A stretch of 64,000 nt of DNA from Takakia lepidozioides (Eukaryota; Plantae; Bryophyta): NCBI GenBank assembly GCA_030704615.1, contig CM060734.1, forward strand, positions 38,006,001-38,070,000, read 5' to 3'. Positions 52,880 through 64,000 of this stretch are shown here, one piece after another; the first letter of the stretch is position 1, and every line of letters begins with the position of its first letter. The notes below the pieces were generated by a model that saw nothing but the letters and a program-made list of their open reading frames with translations, was not told where the DNA came from and made no database searches. Position numbers and translations under genes: made by a program.

Positions 52880-53330
52880 GGGCTGTGACGGGCTGTGACA
52901 GGCTGTGGCATGTGGCGGGCTGTGATAGGCTGTGCACTGTGGCCTATGGGGCTGTGAGGGGCTGTGATAGGCTGTGGCCTTTGGGGCTGTGACCCCTGTG
53001 ACCTGTGTAGGGCTGTGACAGGCTGTGCCCTGTGGCCTGTGGGGCTGTGACGGGCTGTGAGGGGCTGTGCCCTGTGGCCTATGGGGCTGTGAGGGGCTGT
53101 GATAGGCTGTGGCCTTTGGGGCTGTGACCCCTGTGACCTGTGTAGGGATGTGACAGGCTGTGATGGGCTATGAGGGGCTGTGACAGGCTGTACCCTGTAG
53201 CCTGTGGGGCTGTGATGGGCTGTGAGGGGCTGTGACAGGCTATGGCCTTTGGGGCTGTGACCCCTGTGACCTATGTAGGGCTGTGACAGGCTGTGGCATG
53301 TGTGGGGCTGTGACGGCTGTGACCAGTGAT
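52880..53330. repeat. Degenerate minisatellite of GGCTGTG(A)-based ~10-bp units
   Basis: Dozens of GGCTGTGA/GGCTGTGG units with higher-order blocks, upstream of gag. Confidence 0.9.
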
Positions 53331-54084
53331 CTGTGTGGGCCTGTGCTGGTTTGTGGTGGCCCGTGTTGATCTATGGACGGCCTGTGCTGACTCGTGGAGG
53401 CACTGGTGGACTGCCTAAGGACTGGCATGTCTTGAAGGCCGAATTTTGAAGCTCGTGGAGGGCGGTTTGAGGAGTCCCTTCATGATATTTCCATGGTCAT
53501 GCAAGTGAGGGAAGAGAGGAGAAAAAGAGTGTTGGGATGAGGGTATGCTGGGGTTAGGCATTGCTTTAGCTTCTCTTCCTCGTAGTTTTCCACCCTCTCA
53601 TTAGGCCAAGACCTTTCTATAGGTGGAGGCAAGAGTCAGTGCGGGTTTGGGCTGGGGTATCCTTGCAGGAGCAACACGGTGGAGTTGTTTTTGGTATGGG
53701 GGAGTTGTCGTTCTGATTTCTTGTGTTTGGATCCCCTCCATACTTGCATGCTTGACTGTGCGCCATGTTAGTTTTGTGTGGGCGCTTGTTTTTATAGGTG
53801 ATTGGTCCGGATTTGATCACCGGCCAGTCCTAGAGCATGTTGTCGATGGTGAGGCTGGGGTGATGACCAGTTATACCATCATTGTTTCTCCTGTGGTGAG
53901 GTTGGAGGTGATGACCAGCCAACCATATGAGTGCTTGCGGTGGATGCAGGTGCAGGTGTAGGCTATGTTAGGAACCTAGTATTCCAAACCATAAGCCGCA
54001 ACAGGTTCTCTACCCAGTTACCTTGTGGAGAGGGGGTTAGGGACATGTTCATGACCGGTTGAGTGACAGTTTGTCAACACGGAG

Positions 54085-56700
54085 GTGCCACTAGTTGCTG
54101 GGGACAGTGCCGGTTCGAGCACTAGCGATACTAGTGGGTACACGAGACGAGGTGTGCAGTTTAGGCCACCTTCACCTCCCGTGTCTTCTACGGAAGGTTC
54201 TGATTCGGATTGTGAATCAGGAGGACTCACACCGGCAGTGCAAGTTGTTTCCTTGCCATTGTTGTGGGACACAATGGAGGAGATCTATGGAGCTACCAAT
54301 GGGCCACAAAGGTACTCTGGGGCACTGGGCACCATCGACTTGGATGATTTTATCCAAGAGTTTGATAGTTGGTGTGATTTGCAGCAAATGCGCAATCTAC
54401 AACTATTTACGCCTTTCATGGCATGGAAGGGGCTGTTTCAACACCTTGAGGGGCCACCTATGGATGATTACCATGAGTTCAGGCAGAGGCATGAGGTTGA
54501 GATCGAGGAGTGGAGGATATACTGGTCACCCGACTATGTCTCCATCACTAGGGGCACTAGAGCCACGAGGGCAGTGGCTACACCTGCCGCTGCACCGGCA
54601 GCTTCAACAAGCAGCAGTGGGACTAGTGATACCGTAGCTACGACGTCCACCCAAGCTACTGCTGCACCAGCACCAGTGGCGGTGCCTGCCTTCAACCCTG
54701 TTGTGGAGTTCTTCGAAGAGTTAAGAGGGAACTACCAAGGGATGAGGACAGAGAAGTTGCGGAGCTTGCAAGAGTTCCAACGGAAGCCGACTGAGAGCTT
54801 GAGGGAGGCTTTCACTCGCATGAGGCGCTTGATAAATGTAACCCAAGGGGTTACGGAAGCTCAGGCAGTCCAATTCTGGTATGGGTATTGGACAAGGAGC
54901 TGAGGAGAAGGGTGCGGGATGCAACTCTCCTACAATCGGCCCAACCCACCTCAGCAAATGTGTTTTGCTGGCAGAGCGGATAGAGCTCAACATGGTGGAG
55001 GAACGAGTGGTCATGGTGGGATTTGCTAAGGAGACACCACGGGATAGTGGTGCTCCTAGCCAACCACTACCTCAACGTGTTCAAGGCAACAAGGGGGCTC
55101 AGGTGAAGCTCAGGGAAGGGCAGAGAGGACCTCAGATGCAGGGGTCTCTCCCTTCATTTGCAGGCCAACAACGGGCGGATGTGGTGTGTTGGACATGTGG
55201 AGGACCCCACGTCAAGAAGGATTGTCCAGAGGGAGGCAAAGGGCCGGCACATGCACAGCCTGCACAGTTGCAGTGTGGGCATTGTGGCAAGCACGGGCAT
55301 GGAGAGGCCCAATGTTATGGTTTGCATCCTGAGTTGCGCCCAGGCCAGTTCCAAGGGAACAATGGTGGCCGGGGGCGAGGGGGAGCAGCCTAGAGAGGAC
55401 GAGGTGGCTAGGCACGGGGTGTAGGCCAAGGGCAAGCTCAACATGGCCAAGGACGCGGAGGTCAGGGTGTTGACTAAGGCATGGCCAACCGGCTTCAGCA
55501 GCCAGAGCATAGGTTCGCTGCCATGGCTACAGCTCAGGTGGTACCAGCTCCAAGGCCGGATGGTCCACCTCCTGTTCCTGAGGGAGGAGATATGGGAGGC
55601 ATGGGATTCATGTGCGGAGCAGCACTACCACTAGTGCAGGTGGAGTCTGCTGCAGCCGTGACTCGATGAGCAGCACGAGTTCCTGAGCCACGAGGTGCAG
55701 AGGTGGAGTTGGATCCACAACGTGGGGAGGCAAGCCGTCAGGCTAGGCTCCCTCAGTCATTCACATTGGCGGAGACAGCGTCGACGCCATCCATGGCACC
55801 TAGTTCTCGCCCAACTGTTACCGAGGCGGAGTTTACTATGCCATTGGGGAGAGCTACACGGGTAGCACCACTACCTAGTGTTGCCAAGGCTACGGTAGCT
55901 AGTGTGCTGCTGGGAGCGCCACATCTGTGTGTCAGGCTCCATTGTTCTCGGCTACCATGATTGTAACGCCGGGGGTAAGACCAGCTGAGGTGTTCAGGCT
56001 GGCAGCTACACTCTGTGAGAGTGGGGAGGTTACTTCATCTTCTGCGGAGGTAGTGGGAGGTATAGTGCCGGAGGGATCCTCGGATTTGAGGGTCAAGACT
56101 GCCACGGCGGCGCCATGGCAAGCTGCAGCTGGCAGGTTGATGGAGCTGCCAGCTAGGCCAGCCATTGAGCGCGCCATGGTGACACGTGGAGTTGTCATGT
56201 TAGACAACCAGGATGACATTTTCTGTTTGAGTGGACCGGCAGGCAAGAGGTACCAGCCACTATGGGTCTTGTTGGACTCGGGAGCTCAGTCATTGATGCC
56301 GGGTAGAGCTGCTATTGCAGGCTTGGGCCTCACGGAGGCGGATATGGAGCCTTGTCCTTTCCAGATACAGACGTCTCTGGTAGGATCGGAGCAGGCTCGG
56401 AGCATGACACGGCGTGAGTTGGCTATCAGACTACAGTCGGATCACCCTACAGATGGCTCAGTGATGCGAGCCAAGGCCATTGTGACAGACGCGGTCTCGT
56501 ACGATGTCCTGGTTGGTGGGGCAGTGTTGTACCCCATGGGCTTCACCCTGGATTTTTGGGAGAAGTCAACTTCCTTAAGGCCTGGATGGCAGTCAGGGGA
56601 GGGCCAGCGTGTGCAGCTCCCTGTGACATTCATAGGAGGAGTTGCGGTTGCCCAGCGAGGCAGGATACCGACACTAGTAGCATTCACAGCTGCAGTGAAT
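54085..56700 (+). pseudogene. gag and aspartic protease of the DNMT-Gypsy
   Basis: YSG..DLDDFIQEF..FQRKPTESLRE; CWTCGGPHVKKDC; CGHCGKHGHGEAQC; VLLDSGAQ..YDVLVGG; frameshifts and stops. Confidence 0.85.
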
Positions 56701-56988
56701 TGACCCGGAGAGTTGCTTGAGGGCAACGCTCATTCAGAGGACGTGTCACCTCCGGGAGAGCAGGATGACATGCATGGTATGGCGGAGTTGCCTGCCATGA
56801 TTGCTCAGACTCCATTGTGAGGCACGAGTAAGGATTTGCAGCAGGTTGTTGATCGACGGGTGCAACAAGCCTGGGTAGAGGCTTTTGTATCATCAGGAGA
56901 GGATGAGAGTGCGGGGATTGCACCAGGACCACCTCAGTTGTCTCCATTGGATACCACACCTATTGTGTGGCAGTATCCGGATGAAGGC

Positions 56989-57935
56989 ATTTGTCTTCTG
57001 GACTTGTTTGGCGGGATCAGCACCGGATTGGCTGCTGTGTTACAGGTAGGTGTATGAGTTTGGCGTTACCTGTATGTGGAGAGGGATGAGACTGCACGAC
57101 ACGTTTCACTTTGTCATGTTGCTCAGTTGGTGCAGCAGTACTTTGAGTTGTTGCCAGTGTCTGCAGTTCGTGGATATCAGCAGGTCTTGCCAGCAGACAT
57201 TTCGTTGCTAGGGGCGCAGGATTTGGAGCGGGTTGGCTCCAATGATCTAGTAGTGGCAGGTTGGCCCTGCCAAGAGCATTCATCAGCCGGCATGGCAATG
57301 GATTGCGAGACTCGAGGTCGGGTCTGTTTTGGGAGATGGTGCGGGTTTTACGCCACTTGCAGCTTCATCAAGCTGTATCTCCAACATACATCTTGGAGAA
57401 TGTGCCACTGATGGGCGATTCTTGGGCCAGGGTGATGGTCAGTGTGCATCAAGTCCGGTCGTGGCTTGGGTCAGTAGTGTTGCTAGATGCAGCTATAGTG
57501 GGGTCACGGGCTCATCGTCCACGGCTATGGTGGACTAACTTGATGTCACCCGCACTGCTTAAGCGTGCATTTGATGGGGTGCAGCAGCCAGCACACCTCA
57601 CAGTGGATAGCATTTTGGACACAGGGAGGCAGTCTCAGCGTGTGAGACACGATGACCGTTCGCCTTTGGCAGTGGTCAACAAGATGGGTCAACCACGAGC
57701 AGCATTACCTACACTGCTCAGCTTCCCAGGATCGCATGCTTTCCGGGATAGTGGACCTGGCCTCTTGTGATGCTCAGATGCAGCAGTTAGTGGAGCCTAA
57801 TGCTGACGAGCGTGAGCGGGCAATGAATTTTACCACTAGTACCACGGCAGGGCCATCTCTTTCTGAGGCATCACGTCGTCAGGTATTGGGGCAAGCAATG
57901 GATCTCAATTGCTTGACCTGGATTATCAGCTTGGC
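56989..57935 (+). pseudogene. DNMT3-like C5-cytosine methyltransferase domain inside pol
   Basis: Motif I LDLFGG (57001), II VERD, IV GWPCQ (57259-57273), V SRSGLF, VI ENV (57396), VIII AHRPRLWWTN, IX ERERAMNF, X LGQAM; TGA at 57055 and two frameshifts. Confidence 0.92.
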
Positions 57936-58339
57936 TATGGCTGAGCAACGCAGAGTGCGGAGTACACTTCCCTCGATGGTCTCTCTGCCTACCGAGATGG
58001 TACAGGTAGTGAGTGGGGGCGAGCATGTGAGGACCACAGGGTGCAGGCATCCATGGCACACGTGGGAGGTGCTCGAGGTTCAGAGGGAGTTGGCAGCCAG
58101 GGCGACGGTGATGGATGAGATTGGGGATTTTTCTCGGGTTGAGGAAGTCCTCGAGGATGAGATGATGGGGCAGGATGAGGCCTTGTCATTGACTGAGCAG
58201 GCAGGGAGTACTGCTCAAGAGGTTGCAACATAGCAACCACTGGACGCGTCTTCTACATCTAAGCCCACTGGACTTAAGGTTGCAGTTACGGAGGACAATT
58301 GGGAGCCTGACATTGGACCCATTGTCACCGGAGGAGAGA

Positions 58340-59280
58340 GACGACGTATATGGCGGTTCCTAAGGGCTTACAGGAATTGCTTTGCCTTCGGCTTGAAGGA
58401 CTTGGGAGCACTGAAGGGTCAAGAGATTTGTATTGAGTTGGCCACTGATACGCCAATCTTTCGGAGACCCTATAGATACAGTGACATAGAGAGGTCTTTG
58501 ATTCAGATGAGGACTCAAGATCTCTGGGAGGCTGGTTTGGTGGAGCTCTCTGGTGGAGAGTATACTTCAGCCACAGTGATGCCAGCCAAGAAGGATGTCT
58601 ATGGCAATTGGACGGAGAGACGTATGTGCGGTGATTACCGGCCTGTAAATCGTCAGACCAAGTCCGATAAGTATGCCATGCCAACCACGGAGGAGATCTT
58701 TGATGCCATTGGGCATGCTAAGGTCTTTAGCACTTTGGATTTACGATCCGGATATCACTAGTTGCTGGTGATGGTGGAGCACTTCTCCAAGTGGATTGAG
58801 TTGGTTCCATTGCCTAACAATGCTAGTGAGGGGGCTGAATATGCATTCTTGGATCGTGTGCTTAGCCGATTCGGTGCTCTAGCTGAGGTACTCATGGACC
58901 AAGGGAGAGAGTTCTTGAAGGAGTTTCAGGCTTTGTGTGATAAAACCTTGATAGACCACCGCACCACTTCTCGGGATCATCTTGAGGCCGATGGCTTGGC
59001 AGAGAGAGTTGTTCAGACGGTGAAGAGGGGTTTGCGCAAGTACGGCTTGCAGAAGGGACACCTAGGAGATTGGGATCTTCAAGTACCTTGGTTAGTTATG
59101 GGCTACAGGTTCAGCAAGCAAGCATCACTTGCCTCCTTCTCACCATATTTCATTCTCTTTGGCCGAGAGCCGGATTTGCCTGCAGCCATTCGTAAGGACA
59201 CTGCTCAAGTCCTTAACCTTGACGATCTAGACGTGTGGGTACGTGCATGTGGTCAGCGTGCAGAGTTGTTCAAGAAAGTT
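58340..59280 (+). pseudogene. RT N-terminal half joined to integrase core
   Basis: RRPYR..RMCGDYRPVN..FSTLDLRSGYH* then VEHFSKW..DQGREF..ADGLAERVVQ; YxDD, RNase H and HHCC absent. Confidence 0.88.
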
Positions 59281-59460
59281 GGGTGTTGCTTCATTGGTCT
59301 GCGGCTGGTCCCCTCCTTCTAGCTGTTGATTCTCTCTTTCTCTGTGTAGTGTGGAATCAACGTGGAATCAGCCGTTGAGTTGAAAATGTTTTCTGCCATT
59401 GCACTCATGGTTGCTTCGTTGATCCGGGCTCTTTTTGCAAGTGCGCCCTCTTCTTCCAAT
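59281..59460 (-). mobile_element. Further fragment of the family B accessory ORF
   Basis: Reverse complement matches about 28180-28347 (CTTGCAAAAAGAGCCCGGATCAAC..). Confidence 0.8.
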
Positions 59461-61815
59461 TATTGTCTTTCTTCCTCTTGACCTGCTGCCGTCTCGCTTC
59501 TGTAGTGTGAATGCAGGGAGTAAAAATCTCAAGTTTGTGTTTGGCATCAGGTTTCGGCACTACTACAAAGGGAGTACCCTTCGTGCTAATGAAGGGGAGG
59601 AATTGACCATAACTTGAGGTAATTCCATGGAAGGACTATGCTATTTATCTGCCAAGAACAAAATATGGCTAAGTTATGACATGCACCTTTTTCATCCCTA
59701 GGATGAATGATTTTCATCCATGATGTTGAACCCTAGAAGCGGGATGTGAAATTCGAAGGGGAAGAGTGCGTGGATCTTTTCGCAGCTGCTGCAGTGGTGT
59801 TGGCAGCACAGGATATCTGAGAAGGTTCCACCTACGCAAAGGGTATCAGCTTGCTTTTAAGAGAAATGTTAAGAACTCCTGCTTGGCTTTCTGTGCAAGA
59901 AGAAGCGGTGCCGCCTTCTTCGTAAGCAATGATCAAACCTGAGGGATCGGGTTTGTGATAAGGGCGGTGCACCACTGCTGTCGCCATGGTATTTGTGAGC
60001 ACATTAATGAGGAGATGGAGTGGCTCAGCAGGTGTTGGGGGATGAGAAATGCAGGCTGGTGTGTATTATCGCCTCAGGTTGTCAGTGATCAAATCTTGTA
60101 GCTGCTGTCTGTTTTTGAGCTGTAGGACCAGATCACTTTGTAAGGGAATCAGCTTGCCTTAAAGAGTGACGTTGAGGGATCTGGCTTGGCTTTCTGTGCA
60201 AGAGGAAGCGGTGCCGCCTTCTGGTGTGTATGGCGCTTAAGCTATCTATAAATAAGTTATGTATCTGCTCTCTGTCTTAAGGGCTGTAGGACCAGATCAC
60301 CTCATAGGGAGGAAATGCACATGTAGAAGGATAGGGTAGAGGTTGGCAGGCACAAGGATGTGCCAGCAGCTGAAGCAGAGCCGTCATGCCTTAATGAGGA
60401 CTGGAATCACGATAAGAAGAAACGTCGGAGATGGCTGACGAGGGAGAGGATAAGGTGCCTTCTTGACAGGCAGACCCACCACTTCAAGGAGTATAAGACA
60501 GATAAGTTCGAGGAGTGTACCCCCCCCTTTTGGTTTTTGGTTGCTTAGAAATCGCTTTGTGAAGTTTGAACTGTCTCTTGTATGTAGTAAGAGACACTGA
60601 CATGTGAGGAAGAAAAAGAGCTTTGTAAATGGAATGAAGACACTGGACTTCAAACCAGGATGGGCTGGAGATGGATGCACCTGCTATTACATTGTACAGT
60701 AGGAAAATGAATGGAAACAGGGTAGACTCGTTGCTGGGACAGAATGGTTACTGTTGTTGTATTCTTGTTCCTTGTTTCAACGTCATGAGCTTGTACAAAC
60801 AATCTAGCCTGGGATGTTGACACATTGCAGCCAATGTGGAACTAGCTTAGTAGGTAGAGGAAACCAGAGAGGGTTAGATAGAACTGTTTGGAAACAACAA
60901 GAAGGGATGATGTGGATGGGGCAGAAAAACCAGCATCTGTTTGGGTTTGGATCTGATTCTCAGAGTGCTCTCAGCCCATGAACCACTGAGGTTCACAGCT
61001 GATGGGAAAAAGAGAGCTGTCAGGGTGTGTAAATTGAGACCTGTTGAAGGGTTGAGAGCTGTCTTGGGCAATGGTTATACCTGGGAAAAGTGGAGTGTGA
61101 AGCATCTGTCATTGGCAAGAGAGGGACTGATAAAAGGGCTGATTATATCTTGTGTGACCAAGGTTGATTTCAATGCTGGGTGCACTGGATGCTTGGCTGA
61201 ATGCGCATTGCATTGCATCATAGGCATGTTACAGTGGAAAGAGTGAGGAACCCACTTATCCTGAAAGAAAGAGAGAGGGAGAGAGAAAAGGACACAAGGG
61301 AGAGAGTTGACCAGCAAGAGGTTATGATGAGGAATGGATGATTGGGGAGGTAAGATAAAGAAAGCATGAACCCATGAAGGGCCAAACTGGTGGGCCTGCA
61401 AACTCATGGCAGATCTGCGTTGCCGCCTTCCAAATCGTGATCTTGTTACAAAGGGGATTCCACGTATTGTTGACCAAGAGAGCTGCCCACAAGGGCAGTG
61501 GTCATCACTGACGTAGGGCTGGTTGCATCACTGAAGACCGCATGGTAACATGGCTGGTGCAGTGTATCAGGGAAAGGATGTCGTGTAGAAGTAGAACCAC
61601 GGGTGAAAACAATACAGACTCCCCATCCATGTCTTCTCTTCCGCTGCGGCGTGGATGAGGATTGTGCGAACTCTGATCACGAAGGACCTGATGGAAACCC
61701 ACACCGAGTGACGATGGTTGGATCAGCTGGAATGAGAGCTCCTTTCCTTCCCTCCGATTGACCTAGGGAAGAGCACAACTAGACTTGCACAGAAGGGGAT
61801 TCACGCCCCTTCTTT

Positions 61816-61827
61816 TGGTATCAGAGC
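61816..61827 (+). promoter_or_regulatory. Primer binding site (tRNA-iMet)
   Basis: TGGTATCAGAGC upstream of a gag ORF; preceded by hairpin AGAAGGGG/CCCCTTCT rather than a CA LTR end. Confidence 0.8.
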
Positions 61828-61888
61828 CTTAGGATGTTAAATCTTGATTTCTACTAGCTAGGGATCTTGACTGGTATTGGATGGTTTG

Positions 61889-62200
61889 ATGGCAGGAAGA
61901 GACCACACACTGATTCCTGATGAACCAAGCATTGGAGATGTGCTGATTTGCTTCAGCAGACGCACACCAAATGCACACGCAGACCCTTGTTTGTACTTCT
62001 TCAACCCTGCTTGGAGAATAGCCAATGGTGATTTATGTCTTAGAGTGATTCATACTGGTGGAAGAACAACCATAGCACTTTGGATAAGAGAGTTAGGAAG
62101 GTGGGTGAAGATAAATACCATGGCACGAGAGGTGACATGGGGAGGTAGAGTAGAGATGTTGCGAAATGGACAGTGGGAGTGGTATAGAGGTCAACATTAA
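61889..62200 (+). CDS. Small ORF between PBS and gag, unknown function
   Basis: Uninterrupted 103-aa W/R/G-rich ORF filling most of the leader; no recognised motif. Confidence 0.35.
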   Translation: MAGRDHTLIPDEPSIGDVLICFSRRTPNAHADPCLYFFNPAWRIANGDLCLRVIHTGGRTTIALWIRELGRWVKINTMAREVTWGGRVEMLRNGQWEWYRGQH

Positions 62201-62271
62201 GGGAGTTGCGGAAAAATTAGAGTCAGAATTAGGTGTTGAAACAGTTTGAACTTTGATTAGAGAATAGAAGG

Positions 62272-64000
62272 ATGACCAGTCCAACCAGCATAGATGCGCC
62301 TTATCATGGTAGGAATAGTGAGGATGTAAATGACTGGCTGGAGAGAATTCAGATGGAGGCAGATGTCAGGGATTTGAATGAGGACAAGACTTTCAAGGTA
62401 GCAAGGCTCAACCTGAGAGCCAAGGCTGATGAATGGTACCGTAAACAAAACCCTAGACCAAACAACTGGGTGGACTTCAGGGCAGCAATTTCAGCCAAGT
62501 TTGGTATCGTTGACTTGGCAGAAATTAGGCTAAGAATGGATACCATTAAACAGGAGAGTAGACAAAGGGTTCAAACATACTTCGATAGGTTGAACCGGTT
62601 ATTTATAAGAAGTGGGGCGTCTGATTTGGAACAGAGACGTAGATTTGCAGCAGGTTTGAGACCAGAAATAGCAAGAGTAATGCTGGGCAGGCGCTTCCTT
62701 GATGTAGAGGAAGCACTTGACACAGCCATTGAGATTGAAAGGGGCCTGGGAAAGTTAGGGGAAATACCTCTAGAACCATTGGAAGGAGATGATACAGATG
62801 AGTCAGTTGTGTTTGTCAACCCTGTGGACAGAAGACTTGATCAGCTGAACACTACCCTACAGAAGTACTTTGATAGGGGACCAGTCATAGGAGAAAGCTC
62901 GGGATCTAGAACACCACCTCGTGTTCGCCTTTGTAATGTTTGTCACAAAGAAGGTCACATAGCTGCATATTGTCCTGAAGGAAGAACCCCAGCTAAGTGT
63001 GACAAATGTCACCGGTTCGGGCATTCCACGGAAATGTGTGGTGTGAGATGCAACTTTTGCAAGCTACTCGGGCATACGGAGAGTGAGTGCAGTAGAAAAC
63101 TCGACCAAACTATGATGGGAACTCCGGGAACTAACTTTGTAGACGTGTTCTATGATGATGAGGATGATGTACTCGCAGAGATGACAGATCTGATGTCACG
63201 AAATAGTATCAATGAAGTCAGACTTCCAAGGACACGCATACCTGTCCAGAGTCCGATTGTTGAACCTACAGGGTCACCAGAAAGGAATAGTGAGAGCAGT
63301 GAACAGCCAAGCAAGACCAAGAGTGAAATCTACCCAAAGAACAATTTCAAGAATGCTATAGAAGGAGGTACGAAATCCAGAATCTTGAACCACTTCTACA
63401 AAGGGAGAATATCGTTGTCGCCCATGGACCTGATCATGACTGTGCCCGGAGAGCTAGACAAATTGAAAGGGCTGGTCAAAGTGGTGGAAAGAGCAATGGT
63501 ACAACAAAGGGAGACAACTCACAGTGTAGAAGTTGTGAAGGATGTACCAAGGCCTTTGTACTCAGCACACGCTGAGCCCACGATCTCGTATGCTTATACT
63601 GGTAAGGTTAAAGCGCTTCATGTAATGATTACAATGGGAGATTACCAAGTATTAGGCCAGATTGACACTGGTGCCATGCTTTCTGTAATATCAGCTAGTA
63701 CAGTCAGGGATCTGGGTTTGATGGGATCTGTCATTACTAGTAAGGATGTGAATTACAGAGTAGCCTCAGGTGCTCTTGAGACTGCAATGGGCAGACTTGA
63801 GGACATCAAGGTCAAAGTAGGAGAACTAACCAATCGTTTGTCCTTTATGGTGGTGAACACGGATACATATCACATGCTGCTAGGATTGGACTTTCTCAAA
63901 AAGTTTGGCGCTGTAGTGGACACCGAAGCTGAAACAATTCGCGTACGCTATGGGCCAGGAAAGGATTTTGCTCACTTCCCTTTGCACACCATCAATTATA
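62272..64000 (+). CDS. Ty3/Gypsy gag-protease polyprotein, open to the window end
   Basis: No stop seen from ATG 62272: YHGRNSEDVNDWL gag, three CCHC knuckles, protease QIDTGA..MLLGLDFL. Confidence 0.9.
   Translation, partial: MTSPTSIDAPYHGRNSEDVNDWLERIQMEADVRDLNEDKTFKVARLNLRAKADEWYRKQNPRPNNWVDFRAAISAKFGIVDLAEIRLRMDTIKQESRQRVQTYFDRLNRLFIRSGASDLEQRRRFAAGLRPEIARVMLGRRFLDVEEALDTAIEIERGLGKLGEIPLEPLEGDDTDESVVFVNPVDRRLDQLNTTLQKYFDRGPVIGESSGSRTPPRVRLCNVCHKEGHIAAYCPEGRTPAKCDKCHRFGHSTEMCGVRCNFCKLLGHTESECSRKLDQTMMGTPGTNFVDVFYDDEDDVLAEMTDLMSRNSINEVRLPRTRIPVQSPIVEPTGSPERNSESSEQPSKTKSEIYPKNNFKNAIEGGTKSRILNHFYKGRISLSPMDLIMTVPGELDKLKGLVKVVERAMVQQRETTHSVEVVKDVPRPLYSAHAEPTISYAYTGKVKALHVMITMGDYQVLGQIDTGAMLSVISASTVRDLGLMGSVITSKDVNYRVASGALETAMGRLEDIKVKVGELTNRLSFMVVNTDTYHMLLGLDFLKKFGAVVDTEAETIRVRYGPGKDFAHFPLHTINY

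Larger units (their letters stand above)
51092..59280 (+). mobile_element. Ty3/Gypsy retrotransposon encoding a C5-cytosine methyltransferase (deleted, 3'-truncated)
   Basis: LTR-like start TGTCAAG, then gag with two CCHC knuckles, protease LLDSGA, DNMT domain, RT N-half fused to the integrase core at 58761/58762. Confidence 0.85.

Noticed and set aside
54001-54020. Half-tRNA primer site GGTTCTCTACCCAG after a possible LTR end at 54003
   Set aside because: Only partial match to the iMet half-tRNA pattern, and no second LTR to confirm the boundary.
56989-57935. Host DNMT3/DRM/CMT gene
   Set aside because: Intronless, flanked by protease and RT on the same strand, no regulatory domains, and not permuted like DRM.
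61816-64000. Endogenous caulimovirus (Met PBS without CA end)
   Set aside because: The ORF is a retrotransposon-type gag followed by protease; no movement protein recognised.

Overview
Repeat-dense eukaryotic DNA, most likely from a non-seed land plant (inference from the plant-type ECR exon layout, tRNA-iMet-primed Ty3/Gypsy elements and intron-containing Mutator-like genes). Only one intact-looking host gene is present: a spliced very-long-chain enoyl-CoA reductase (ECR/CER10-like, minus strand, about 46.2-48.2 kb). The rest is nested transposons: a young full-length chromovirus (9882-16854, TSD AACTT) and a solo LTR of its family; two non-chromovirus Gypsy families with a large 3' accessory ORF; a degenerate Gypsy; a LINE fragment; two Mutator-like (MULE) lineages; and a Gypsy gag-protease running off the right edge. 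Two unrelated transposon-borne DNA methyltransferase-like systems stand out. (1) An ~8.4 kb MULE (35255-43696, TSD and imperfect TIRs) has a GCM-like/DDE/SWIM transposase paired head-to-head with a spliced beta-class (N4C/N6A-type) amino-methyltransferase-like gene; a second diverged copy of that gene at 5.5-6.7 kb shares its intron positions. (2) A Gypsy element (51-59 kb) has a complete DNMT3-like C5-cytosine methyltransferase domain between protease and RT. All MTase copies here are disrupted. Many frameshifts are single-base losses in homopolymer runs and may be sequencing artefacts. All family assignments come from motif recognition by eye; no searches were run.
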